From Podarcis pityusensis (lineage: Eukaryota): DNA of 64,000 nucleotides. The position numbers and the translations under genes are program-made. This document shows positions 40,539-53,646 of the stretch, piece after piece. The stretch lies in the NCBI GenBank assembly GCA_964106645.2, contig OZ067039.1; one strand, given 5' to 3'. Positions within the stretch are counted from its first letter, which is position 1, and each line of letters opens with the position of its first letter. The notes beneath the pieces were generated by a model that was not told the DNA's origin, did not search any database, and saw only the letters and a list, made by a program, of their open reading frames with translations.

Positions 40539-43500
40539 TACAAGGGCTAAGCTCTGACAGAGGGTATTTCAGGCATCATCCTTGTGACTGACTGCCCTAG
40601 TTGTGCCAGGTTCAGAGGTGAAACTGTGGAGGTTCAAATAAGCCATGAAAATATAAGATCCGTCCTGATCAGAGAGAGGAAGATGAAGAATCAAAGCATT
40701 TTGTAAAACATTGTATTCACACTTAATTTTGATTCTTTCTCCTATGATTATATGTGTGCTTACATTAAAATGTATTGCTTGCCTTTCTACCATAAACAGT
40801 ACTCAGCAGCACTCTTTTTTAAAAATGCATCAATGTATATGGTGCTTCAAAAGGTTCACAGGAAATTCAATTCCTGATCTCTACCATGTGAAGCTGGGGG
40901 ACTTTTATGCATTTTGTGAATAAATGCCACTGGGCCTTAGGAAGTGTTCTGTGTGTAAGAGATGAAGTGACCCAAAGAAATTGCTCTTCATGAAGGAATT
41001 TAATGCTTCACTTTAAAAAAAACCACACCTTTTTACCCCCTCAAAAATAAAAAAACCCCAGCTAGTGTTACGTTTCTTCCAACTCATTATTATTTCTGCA
41101 CCAGCTGCTGCTACAGTCTTAAAAACAGGTTTGAAACCAGCATCATGCCCCCAAAATGCTATCCAGATCTCTTCTTATCATGAGGATGGGGCACCTGAGG
41201 CTATCCAGATTTTGTTAGACTCAACCAGTCCAACAACATCTGGAGGACCACAAGCTCCTCATCCCTGTTTTATGATGTAATTCATGGTCAGAAACCTGTT
41301 TTCTCTGCTCTTTTACAAATATTTTAATTGATATTAAAAACTATAAGAGAACCCAAATTAACTTTGTCCATAAGATACAATTGCATCTAGGACAAAATTG
41401 TTCATAAAACCCACTATTGACACAATTTCAATTCAAAAGAACCAGGAACAAGAACAGGGCCAAGAAGAGGAATATCACAACACCTGAGTTGAGGCTAATA
41501 GTGCAAGTTCTTTAATAAAGTATTGGTTTTTGTGGAGCGGGTAAAGGGGCAGGATCCTGCATTAAACAGGAACAGTAAGTGACAGATCACAGGATGAGGC
41601 ATGGATTGAAAAGGGGGGAAAAACTTGTGCCAATCTGAAATATCTTTAGAATTGGACTAAAAGATTTTAAAAGTGGAATAGAGATTTCCTGAACCAGATA
41701 TAACCTTTATCCTAGATGACATGATTATGCATTGAGAAACTGTGTTGGACTTAAAAGATTGATCTTCAGCCATGTACATTCCCTTCCCCCTTTATTTTCT
41801 TCCTGTAACATAGGAAAATGATTCTCTTGCTTACATTTCTGATCTCTGTAATTTTAGGATGTTGAAGCTGTGTTTTTAGCAACAAAGACAAACACAGCAG
41901 AACAATCTTCCACTGAAAGCCACTATCCTAAGTTCCCCCGAGACTCAGTGAATTCAAAACAATGCAGCTGTAAAAATTAATTTATCTTAATCAACTTCAG
42001 CAAAGCTTCATAATCTTTCAGTTACTTGATAGAGAAGTGCAGCTTGTTTATGGTGTGTGTGTAGTTTTAGCAATGCTGGTGAAAGTAGTTACATGGCCAA
42101 TAAAAAGCATTTTTCTCTTAGACATATAAATTAAGAAACTGAAAGACATTCTAACACATATCTTGCCAGAGGCAGCTGTTTCCCTTGTAAAGAGATTTCA
42201 GTCTGATGTTCACTTCAAACCATAATAAATCGAAAGGTGTGTGTTAAAATATAGATCACATAAAATATATAGTGCATAAATCACATTTCTATACTTGAGT
42301 CTTGGGTATTTATTCTTACCGTTTTTTTCTAAAAACTTTTCCACCTCTAAAACGGGACCTTCCAGAATTTCTTGAGATAATACTAACATTTTGTATGGGT
42401 TTGCAGTCCAAACCATGTAGGTCTGACAGGAAAGTGCATCACTGTTAGAGCAGTCATGATACGTTTATGCAGATAAGATGGTATTGTCTTGCACCAGCTT
42501 CCTTCTCTGTCATCCACTTTCTTATTGCTTCCTCCACCAGTTTTATGGTGGGATTAGGAGCTGTCTGAGTATATTTCAGTGTGTGTATTATAAGACCAAG
42601 CAAGCAATGTATAGAGAACTTCACCTAGGGAATCATCAAAAAGAGCATACAGGATATATTGACAGTGTGAAGACTGCTTTCTAGGGTGTTTACAGATAAG
42701 ACAAGCATTTTACTGTTTAAACCTTCTTCCCTAACACCTGCTATTCCCGTTACAGTGCCGTCCAATTGCTAGACCCATCTGGTGTTTTTTTCATGCCATA
42801 AACCTCCCATCATCCTCTGTTGGTTCACCTCAATTGTCCCACCTTTCACAACTAGTCCGCATTTCTTTTAACCCGTTTTTATACCACACCATTCCCAGTC
42901 TCTGTAGTCCATTTTCACCACCAGGTTTTGATTCCAAGCAGTCCATAGTATTTAGTTTAGAGGCTATCTTTGCTTTATTGCCCTGGGTTACAGCCTGAAA
43001 GTTCACGTAGAGGCCCCTTGTTGGCTATCTTCAGTTACAGATATTGCAGCTGGGGAAAGTGTCAAAGGAGTTGCAAAGTGTAATCATGGCTTGAGTTGGT
43101 ATAAATTTACAGATCTGAACCTAATGCAGAAGTGGACTATGTGAAAGGGAAGTTCACAGAGCAAAGTGGACTATCCACCCAAACCTAAAGTTAAGGAGGG
43201 CAGAATATCTGGCACAATTCCTACCAAAAGGCAGCTATTTAAGCAATGATTGATCTCCCCACAAAAAAACCAACAAAAGAAACATCATTGATAGGTTTAA
43301 AATAAGCATTCTTTGATCACTGAGTACCCACAGGAGTTAGAAACTACTGAAAGCCTCATCTATTAGCTGGAGGTGTCATACCTTATAGTATTTAAGGCTT
43401 GTTCCTGTGAGCAGATTGATTCTTGTGTTATTATTCAGAATTAGCTGTCCATGTAGGAACTACTTAATCCTGTGAGTGCTTAACCAAACTTTTAGCCTGA

Positions 43501-44174
43501 TCCTACCTATGTTTATTCACAACTCAGTCCCACTGAGTTCGGTAGGCTTTCCTCCCAAAGAAGCATGCATATGATTATATCCCTAAAAAGTAATTGTGCA
43601 GTGGGAGCCAAACCCAGGAGCTGTGTATTATTGAGGCATTGTATTGAATCCAGGATTCGGGCTACTGCACTCACGCAGGACCTTTGTTGCTTTGGCAATG
43701 GGAGAGCACAGCCAGAGCTGCCGTGAATAAAATTATAAATAAAACTTGCAATTATATCCTCATAAGATGATTGTTTTTAGATTTGGTGCACAATATGCAT
43801 TTTACCAATCTACTCAAACCCTTTTAAAACCTTAATGAGCATGTATCAGTAAAGCCAAGTCCTCTACTTTTGCATATTTAGTTCCCTTTGAACTGTTACA
43901 GCACACATTCGTTTCAGGAGGGTGGTGTTCTTTTTCTGGCTAATTAGGACTTATTGAGGAATTAGTCATATTTTCAATTCACTTTTGATTGCTTTTACTT
44001 CCAAACTGACATCATATTTTGTATTCATGTTACTCCAGGAAGCCTTTATTAAAAAAGAAAGAAAGAAAGAAACAAAACCACCCATTCACAGATGTGACAA
44101 TTTTAAAGTATTCCACTGTCCTGTTTCTTTGATTCTTTTGCCCCTCACATTATTGACCTTGATAGACCAAAACT

Positions 44175-44526
44175 GATGCGGGTGGTGCTGTGGGTTAAAC
44201 CACAGAGCCTAGGACTTGCCAATCAGAAGGTAGGCGGTTCAAATCCCCGCGACAGGGTGAGCTCCTGTTGCTCAGTCCCAGCTCCTGCCAACCTAGCAGT
44301 TCGAAAGCATGTCAAAGTGCAAGTAGATAAATAGGTACCACTCTGGCGGGAAGGTAAACGGCGTTTCCGTGCACTGCTCTGGTTTGCCAGAAGCAGCTTA
44401 GTCATGCTGGCCACATGACCTGGAAGCTGTACGCTGGCTCCCTCGGCCAATAAAGCGAGATGAGTGCCGCAACCCCAGAGTCGGTCACGACTGGATCTAA
44501 TGGTCAGGGGTCCCTTTACCTTTTTT
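44175..44526 (+). mobile_element. Sauria SINE
   Basis: Closely similar to 20560-20926; B box GGTTCAAATCC; tail CCCTTTACCTTT. Confidence 0.9.
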
Positions 44527-45654
44527 ATTCGCTACCCCGGTCTAGATTCCATTGTGTCTTAGGGTGGTAAAAAGCCCCCATGCAAAGCCATGTGTGCTTT
44601 GTCAGAAAAAGGGCACCTGCATGTTTCACTGGGTCAGTTTTTGCTTGCAAAACTGCATGGGCATTTTTTTACCTGGATATGTTAATATAGATAGGGACAA
44701 CAAAGCACCTCAGTGGCAAAAAAAAATCAATAGATTCCAGGGGTATTTTTTCCCCACCAAACACCTTTCAGAAGCATAAAGAACCAGAAATTGTAATACC
44801 TTAAATTTTGGGACATCAGTTACTATTGTGCAGGTGACAGTCTCCTAGAAGGATTACATTGTAGGTCTACTCTGACATAAACACTGCAGTGAAAATGCAC
44901 CCAGTCTGGATGCAATTTTCTTAACTGCACCCAGAGAGAAGAATAATTGTTTGAGTGCAGGGTTTATCCTCCTTAATTACATAAGGAACAGGCCCTTGTT
45001 TTTATTTGTCTTGCTGGTTATTTACAATTAAGATCCAGGAAGCTCACTGCCCAAAGTCTCACTCACATTAATTCATCAGTGAAGACAGAAGAAACCCAGA
45101 TAATTGGGCAAGTGTAAATTCATGGTGTTTCTGTCACCATAAAGCTTTCAAAAAAAGCTTCTGACAAGCAAACAACTCTGTTTACTATTTTGGTTCCAGC
45201 TAGCAGAGATTAATGGTGAGGGGCAGATCAAATGTGATGTCAGAGATACACAGGCTCCTAAATACTTGCACTGTTTTGTAAAAGCTTACCAAAGGGATGC
45301 ATAGCCATGGATATCCAAGGCTTACTAAAGAGATGGATATTCATCTCCCCCACCAAAAAGCGAGGGGGAAGAATGAAAAATGTTATGTGAATATCATTCT
45401 ATGTCTGTATAAATTACTGGAAATATTGTTGAGGACATTGTGCATTAAGCACTCCAGTGAGAATTTACTTTTCCTCCCTACGTTCACGCCATCCCACAGT
45501 TTTTCTTCAGAAATACAGTGCTATTATGAGGGGGATTTGTTTATTTAGACACACATAGCCTAATCCAGTCAATTGGCCTACAAACATGGAATCAAGCTTC
45601 CACATGCACAGTCCCTAGTTGGAAGAAGATTCATAAACACAAGTAGATGTAAAC

Positions 45655-45890
45655 ACAACAACAACAACTATATTTATACCCCAGCCATCTGGCTGGGTTT
45701 CCTCAGCCACTCTGGGCAGCTCCCAACAGAATATTATATTAAAAACCATGATAAAACATTAAAAACTTCCCTAATCAGGGCTGTCTACAGATGTCTTCTA
45801 AAAATCAGATAGTTGTTTATTTCCTTGACATCTGATGGGACAGCATTCCACAGAACGGGTGCCACTACCGAAAAGGCCCTCTGCCTGGTT
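45655..45890 (-). mobile_element. L2-clade LINE 3' fragment (same family as 33251-33535, opposite strand)
   Basis: Reverse complement aligns by eye with about 33318-33530. Confidence 0.88.
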
Positions 45891-48689
45891 AGATGCATTT
45901 GTGATCCATCTATTAGGGCTGCACACGCATAGCTATTGGGAACTCTCTTTTTTCTGGAGTGGGTGGGGAGGAGCTGAATTTAGTCATTTTTCCTACCTTG
46001 GACACTGTTCCTCTTGTGCAAATACTTCGCTGAATTCAACACCCACCCACCCATCCCTTTTCTTTACTTGCTTGGAGATCGCTTCAGGACTTTTTAATGT
46101 AAATCTATATACAAATTTAATGAGCTAAACATCATGCAAGACACAGAGTTTGTACTTAAATTGGTTCAGAACTTCTTTTTGGTTTTGCTTATTTTGGGTC
46201 GTCCCCCCCCCAAGTGCCTGTTATACACACTGATGAAATAGCACAGTTTCTTATTAGTTTGATGCAGGTAGGAGTTGGCAGGGATTCTGAAGTAGGGGTC
46301 TCCAGAGAGATTTTTTGTTATGTGAATAAAGCTTTATTTTCATACCAGCTGCTGTTATTGTTCATGGGCATGAGTGTAACAGCATTGCACAGGGCTTTAA
46401 TGAATCAGAATTTGGCCCAGTTAGTATATGAATGAACCAGGGCAGACTTAGGTCAGAAGAGGATGGGTATATTTAGATGCCTGTAAAGTCTATATTTACT
46501 TCACACTGTGCCTCTGACAGTGTGTGACAGGGTGGCTTAAATCATCAATGAAGTCCTGTTAGAGATTAGCAACAGGCTTTTCATGCCCCTGTACTGATTT
46601 GGAAAAGCAAATGTTAAAAATCAGGAGCTCTTCTGCTTGAAGACTGATCTTGAACTTCAGGGGTCAGGGGTTGAGGTCTCGGACCCCTGCAGTTGCCTCA
46701 GCATGATAATGTGTCAGGAAGTAATTTGACACTTGAACAGCTCTTTTTGGTCTCCTTGATCTGTGTCTGGGCTTTGCTCTCTCCTGAACAGCTATGCTGT
46801 CGAAACAGGATAGCCAACTGGTACAAGGTTTTCTTTTACCACTGACATTCCCTCTGCATACAGTATTTATGCTGAATGGAGCTTTTCTCTGAGGGGGATT
46901 TCTTGCAACTGGGTCATCAGTCACTGGTGAAATGACAGCAGCTCTCCTGAAGGAAGCAAGACAGAAGTGACCTTTGGGTGACTGGGTTTGTTTTAGAAGC
47001 ACAGTCATTTGCTGTACACCTGCCAGAGAGAAAGGTGTTATTGTTTTGTGTGGGGGTTTTTTATTTTTAATTTTTAAAAAGAAGCATTTGGAAAATTCTG
47101 TGGCAGATTGCTGTCCGTGGGGACAAAGCAAGCCAGTAGTATTAAACCACATCCCCTGTCTTAGCACTATGAAGAGTTGTGGTTTTTCCCACTCCTTGTA
47201 AACCACAATCTGTAGCCAGAGTTTGTTAGTGTACCGATCATGGTTTGTTGGAGTGAAACAAACCATAATCTCTGGTTCGGATATAACACTAAGCCAGAGT
47301 TTCCTCTGCATGCCAGCAGGGAGCCAACAAATAGTCCAGAAAGATGCACTCATGGTGAACCATTAACTGTGGTTTACCATGCCATGCAAAGTGGGCCACT
47401 GTATCTTTTTGACATTTGTAGATCAATCCTGCTCCTCAAGGCTCCAGCAGGGTCTGCAAACTGAGTCTTTGCTGTATAATTCTCTTCCACTATACAAAGC
47501 TATTACTAGCAACACAAGTACTTTAAACGTAATGACAGAAAAACTTGCTGCAGTTCTACTGCAGAATTCCATAAAAGTACTATTTTATATAGACACATCC
47601 TGAACCAAGCTGTATAATTAAAACAGTAGGTTTTAATGATATTAAACGTATCCTACAGATGTTGCGATTTTAAAGTTCATTCCCGTTACCAGAGCCATGC
47701 TCAAACAAAATAATGTGTTGTACCAATAGCTCAGTCTTTGTTGGAAGGAAGGACAGCTGGGCTGCCTCTGGTCGCTGAAGGCACAATAGTTGCCTGCTTG
47801 AGAGCGGTTGTACCATAGTGGCTGGATTTTGAGCTTGGACGTAGATGCAGAAGACCCAAAGTCCAATCCTTTCTTATCTTGACATTCATTTAGTGGCACT
47901 GGCCAAGTCACTATGTCTCAGCCCTGCCTGGGTGACATTGTCATATGAGAAGGATAGGAGTTGTTGTATGAGAAGGATAAAATGAGACAATTTCATCTCT
48001 TCCAGCCTAGAACTTTGTTGTGCCCTGCAAGTGTAGGGTAGAAAATTTTCTTTAGAAGAAGCAGAGACTTATTTGTCAATAATTATTAAAAGATTCAAGA
48101 CACTACAGAGGTTTTCTTACCCCAGTCTATGACTCATTAATATTTGCTAGTCATTGCAATTACACAACCGCCAACACTTGTAGTAAGTACTGACAAACAT
48201 GCCCTAAAGTTCACCCTTATGCCAGGCTGTGTGAGGTTTAGATTGAGTGGCAATGTCACTCCACTCGGCTCCGCTGACTGATTTGACTGGCCACCAAACA
48301 TGTGCACAGGAGGGCCACTGGTCGTATTGCTGCCGGCAGAAAGCCCCCCAGCAAGGTTTCATTGGATCTCGAGGTGGGTCATAGCTGTCTGCTTCAGGCC
48401 CAGTCTGGAACCAGTTGCTGTTTCAGGCTGCAGCAGGCGTGGGAATTGGGCTTGATCAACCTGCCCACCCTCCTCTCTGCTGTGACTGCCATGAGTGATT
48501 AGACTTCACATGCGGTGATGGCTCCACAGTTCTGCAAAGCCCTGTCAAGGGGGCGGAAGAGTTGGCACTGCAGCCTTAGTTACAACTAACATTAACTGCA
48601 TTGGGGTGTTGGCGTTTCCTAAAATGGTCTTCTAATGCAGAGCAGACGTGTTAGCTGCAAACATTTCCCAAAGGCTTCAATATCGTGGG

Positions 48690-48813
48690 CAGGACTTTTT
48701 TTTCAGCCGGAACTCAGTTCTGGAACCTCTCAGGTGGGCGCCATTGCCATTATAAGAGAACAAGGGAGGTATTCATGGTGAATGCTACCTCTTTTTCTAG
48801 AAAAAAAGCGCTG
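48690..48813. mobile_element. Short hAT MITE (124 bp)
   Basis: TIRs CAGGACTTTTTTT / AAAAAAAGCGCTG; 8-bp TSD atcgtggg/atcttggg. Confidence 0.75.
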
Positions 48814-49776
48814 ATCTTGGGTAACAAAACATCACCCTTAATTAACAGAGACATAGGTAGCTTACCGCATTTTACTTCCTCTTTAAAAGAAGTTACTTTG
48901 CCTCTCCCCAGCACCAGCCATGGTCTATATATTATGTTTATAAGAGTTTGTAAGCTTCCTTAAAGTTTCAAAAACATGCAAAGAAGCAGTTAAATATTCC
49001 TTAAAGGCAACCTAAAATTAACAAGGACCCAGAAGAAATAATATTTCCTTTGTTTTTCTTTTTCTTCATGGAAGTTCTCCTGATTCAGAGAAAAGGGTCT
49101 TGAGAAAGTGAATTGTTTAACCCAATTTAAGGGCAAGATCTAGGGAGACTCCCCCACCCCAAGAACCAGCCATGTGTAAACTGGAATGTGCAGGTTAAGG
49201 TGGTTGTTTTTTTAGAGTAGTTTAGAAACTGTAGGATTTAATTCAAGCCTTCTTATTTTAATTATCTTAGCTAATATGCTTTGATTTTGGTTTTATTTTC
49301 TTGAAAATGTTTAAAGAACTATTTTTGAAATAAGTAGTTCTGTTCATTCCTTGATCCCTTGGATAGTCTTGACACCACTGTCTCTTCTCTGTTTCCTTCA
49401 TGAAGTTCTCTTACACAGTCCCCATTAATTTCAGAGGGGTTTGCATAACTCCCCAGTGACTCTTGCCCCTTGTATCTAAAATGGGGACAATGATGTACTG
49501 CCAAATGTTAGTACGAGAAAAAATGAGAAGTGGATTGCAAAATACTTTTTACATTAAAGGCATAAGTTCTGCCTGCACTTAAGGTATAAGAAAGTACAGG
49601 GACTTATTTGAGAGATGTACTGCTGCAAGTTTTCCAACAGGGTGCTTTCTGACAAGTGCTCTCATAACCAGAAGAACCCACACTTCATGGCATGCGTAGT
49701 CCTCTCTCCTGCCCTCCACAGATCAACTCCATTCCCAGATTAAGAAGGCAGCTTATGGCAGCCTTTGCCTTAAGCC

Positions 49777-49890
49777 CAGGTATAGAAAACCTGCCACTCT
49801 CCAGATATGGCTGGACCCCAACTTTGACCAATGGTTGGGGATGGTGGGTATTTCACCAACATCTTGAGGACCACAGGTTACCCATTCCTG
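49777..49890. mobile_element. Short palindromic hAT-type MITE (related copies near 27857, 41184 and 51828)
   Basis: CAGG..CCTG ends with inverted CTCCAGAT / ACATCTTGAGG arms; the motif recurs several times in the window. Confidence 0.5.
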
Positions 49891-50192
49891 CTTTAGGTTA
49901 TTGTCAGTTATTCATAGATATCGGGCTGATAACTGATCCAAGAGGGAGGTGTTTTTTTATTGGTGGTTTCTTGCCCACAGTATTTGCATTATTCGAGCTG
50001 CCTCCAGAGTGTACAAGAATGCAGGCATGAAAGATGGAGAAACAAAGTGTGCCATGGAAAGATTTGATCACGATAAACAAGAGGGCAAGGATAAGCAGAG
50101 AAATGGGGTGGCATTTTAAGTAGCTGAGATGCCAGTGGATTTTTGTCAGAATTCACTACTAAAGTAGAAACCGGGCTTTTTCTGTTTTGCAG

Positions 50193-50310
50193 GTTAGGAA
50201 TCTCTGTTACATGGTGACAAGGCGAGAGAAAATGAAGCACTCCATTTGCAAACTCCAGGAACAGATCTTCCACCTTCAGATGAAACTTATTGAGAAGGAC
50301 CTTTACCCAG
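50193..50310 (+). CDS. JADE2: JADE2 coding exon, ING/MEAF6-binding region (VRNLCYMVTRREKMKHSICKLQEQIFHLQMKLIEKDLYP)
   Basis: Acceptor ttttgcag|GTT and donor CAG|gtatat; 118 nt, phase 0 to 1. LERVRNLCYMVTRREK is the EPC-like hallmark. Confidence 0.96.
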
Positions 50311-50389
50311 GTATATGTTCCTTCTGGGGCCCAAAAAGCCTACTGTCAACATAATGATTATTGCTGATGCGTTTGCTGACATTTTAAAG

Positions 50390-50419
<30 letters not shown>
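50390..50419. repeat. (TGAT)n microsatellite
   Basis: Direct reading; about 80 nt downstream of the exon donor. Confidence 0.9.
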
Positions 50420-50420
<1 letters not shown>

Positions 50421-53181
50421 AATGGGTATGTATGTGTTCCTGTAAAGATGCATTAATTCAAGAGCTTAATTTCTAAATATAAGCTGCAGGGGCTCAACTT
50501 TGTTGGATGTCATACTCACTCCCTCTTACACTCCCTCAAGCCAGTTTAAATAAGGAATGGTCAGAGATTTTTTTTTTAAAAAAAACACACTTAATGTCAC
50601 TGTGTTAAGTCATAACATGACCTATAAAAACATATTTTTTTTGTTATAATAGGAAACTACCACCTAACCATTCCAGAGAATTAATTATTATTCATTTGTA
50701 ATGCCAAGCCATGAAAATCTGAAATGGTACTACAGTTAATTGCCAGTTTGCCATTAGCTACCCAGGGCCTAGCTTACTTACACAGTAGAAGCTGTAGCTG
50801 TTTAAAAGGTAACCCAGTGTGTCATCACCCAGCTATTAATGGGGATAAGCAACAAGGTTCCTTCTGAACACATATGAAATCATCTTAGCATAGTTAGCAA
50901 GACATCAGGGCAAATCCTTTAATTTCCTGATTTGCAGAAGAGCCTGATATCGCAGCTCCTGCTGACCCTGTGCAAACAAGCCACATGTCACATCTAAGGT
51001 GGAAATCCTAACTGCATTAGTTAATTTCTGTTTAATCAACCTGACCTGTTATGAAATCCTATTGCAGAAGCATGCTGTTTGCTTCCCACCTTCTTTGGAT
51101 TATTATTGCTCATCTTGGCCCCCAAGGCTCTAGACTTTAGTGTTTTTAGTGGCAGCATCTGGTTCACTAGCATGATTTGCCAGCAGTTACACTGGCTTCC
51201 TGGCAACTGCCTCTGACTCTATTAAGGATCAAAGGTTGAACTGCTGGCAGCTGATCTTTTTGCTCCTCTTTGCTCTTAGCTTTATCTGCAAATTAAGTTG
51301 TGGCTATCCGTTAATAAGGAGAGCCTTAAGATGCATGCAACCATCGGAAGATTTTAAAAATAAGCTCCTTTGAAAAGGCGCACACCCAGCCAAAAAGCAC
51401 ATAGTTGTTGAATCCATATCTTGTAAATTAAAAATTAAAAAAAAACCTCCCCTTTTGCAACAAGAGCACAGAACCCAAAACTCAAAGCTATGTAACATTT
51501 TCTCCAGAAGGAGCATCTGGCTGTCTGGCAGAGTTTCCAGTCAGTTGTTGTGCTTGTGGCTTTGGAGCCTCCTCAGAAGCCATCACGTGGTTAGGGTTTC
51601 TTTAGGACTGTCTGGACCATGTTCTCTTTTGCTGAAAGCTTTCTTCTCAAGTTCAATTTTGAGGGTCTGAGGAATGTGTTACCTGAGAAATGTGCGGTTC
51701 CACGTTTGTTTGACCATGATGCAAACTTTCTTTGTGCGCAGAAGATAAGATCCCATAACTACATTTATGGCAACCCTAGCAGAGGCAGACAAAAGCTTCC
51801 GAAAACTCGCCACATCAGGGACACCAGTGTAGGGCCCTCCAAATCCTATTTTACACGTCCCATCAGTCCCTGCTAACTTGACCAGTGGTCAGGGATGATG
51901 GGAGTTGTAGTTAAACAACATCTGTTAGAATAGACTCCTGTTGTGAATGGATCACTCTGTTTTTACCTTGTATACATTTGGGATTGTCATAGAAATGTCA
52001 CAAATCTCCTGCTGTATACTTGTGTTTTGAGGCATGGTGTTTACAGTTTTTGCAGTATTCATGCATCGCTCGCTGCCAACTGGGGATCGTTGTTTATGCA
52101 TCTAGTGGGCTCTGGTCCAGAAATGTTTATGCCAAAAGTAATATGTTAAACTGCAGTTCTTACCCTGGCTGCTGCCTGGCAGGACTTAACAGAGCAGTGG
52201 GGCCACAGTAGGATGTGCAGCCCTCTAGGTGGGTGGGGACATCCAAATGACTGATGCTGTGATCATGCCCAGATCGGCATCCAGTAGGTCTGGGCTAGCT
52301 CAGCCCTGGAACACAGGCAGAAGGGGAAACGTCCTGCTGCCGGAGCCCAGCAGGGCTGGCACAGGGACATCCAGGACAGCACAAAGGGGGTTTGGATCAC
52401 AGTATTTTGTCAGCTGCTGTGTAGTGCTCTTTTCTCTATAAAAAGAGAGAGTTAACAAAGGAAAGAAGTCTAAACTCAGCCATATTTTCTTCAATATCTT
52501 AAGTTTTCTTACTGAAAGGAAACAACCACGATATAACAAAGTGTTAGGGAAGTTCCAGAATTTCCAGTGGGTTTAAGGTCACCTAATTCTGTGCCGGATT
52601 CTGGACGATGTGTTTTCCCTTTTTTTAATGGCATGACTCATCCTATTGCTGCAACAGTCTGTGGGGATCACACATTTCATAGACTTCATTTGCTAGGGTT
52701 ACTTCCTCATTGGCTAATATTTCACTTCAACGTGTTTGTGCAGATTAGGTTGGGAGTCAGGTGTCAAACAGGAGCCTGCATAGCAGAAAAGGGGAGTTAT
52801 ATTTATGCTTAATTATTTCCAGATTGAGGGGGGTTGCAATAATTGGGGCACATTACTTAACAGCAGCTTTTCACTCAATTAATGGAAATAAACGGGAAAA
52901 TAGAGATAGCAGTGGAATTAGGACCACTTTGGAAATTCTGTGTCCAAACAATATTGCCATTAGCAGAACTATTAAGAGGGGTGGGGGATGGGGGGAGAAC
53001 AGAAAGGTGAACGTGGTAGGGATGTCATGAAAACCTTCAGTGCATCAAGAATTGATGCTTATCCCCAGCAGCAAGTTACACAGTGGCTAAGGGAACAAAA
53101 TTCATTTCAGGCTGAATAATTTAGAGTCCTTCTTTGTGAACATTCTATGGAGCGTATATGTTCAAAATAGTGCTTTGCCCC

Positions 53182-53209
53182 GCTTGCTTGCTTGCTTGCT
53201 TGCTTGCTT
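53182..53209. repeat. (GCTT)n microsatellite
   Basis: Direct reading. Confidence 0.9.
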
Positions 53210-53421
53210 TTTTGCAGACCTTGAATTTTCCGTAACTAGTAGCAAAGCAGCCAGCATTCTAGAAAACATGTGAATTTGCAACAATAATTTATTTATTTTA
53301 GTAGCTCTGTTTGAATACACTAATAAACTCTTGTGAAGATAGCAGTCATCATGGCACAACTAATCAATATAACCTACCTACAAGAATATTCAAATATTAT
53401 CTTGGAATTTCAATTCCTATA

Positions 53422-53646
53422 CAGTGGTACCTCAGGTTAAGTACTTAATTCGTACTGGAGCTTGTTCTTAACCTGAAACTGTTCTTAACCTGAAGCACCA
53501 CTTTAGCTAATGGGGCCTTCTGCTGCTGCTGCGCCCCCGGAGCACGATTTCTGTTCTCATCCTGAAGCAAAGTTCTTAACCTGAGGTACTATTTCTGGGT
53601 TAGCGGAGTCTGTAACCTGAAGCGTATGTAACCCAAGGTACCACTG
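53422..53646. mobile_element. Tc1/mariner (Tigger/pogo-like) MITE, copy 2
   Basis: Same TIR and TA TSD; near-identical to copy 1 but lacks one internal repeat unit. Confidence 0.92.

Noticed and set aside
46664-47353. 229-aa minus-strand ORF
   Set aside because: No recognisable domain; crosses low-complexity tracts and degraded repeats; most likely a chance intronic ORF.
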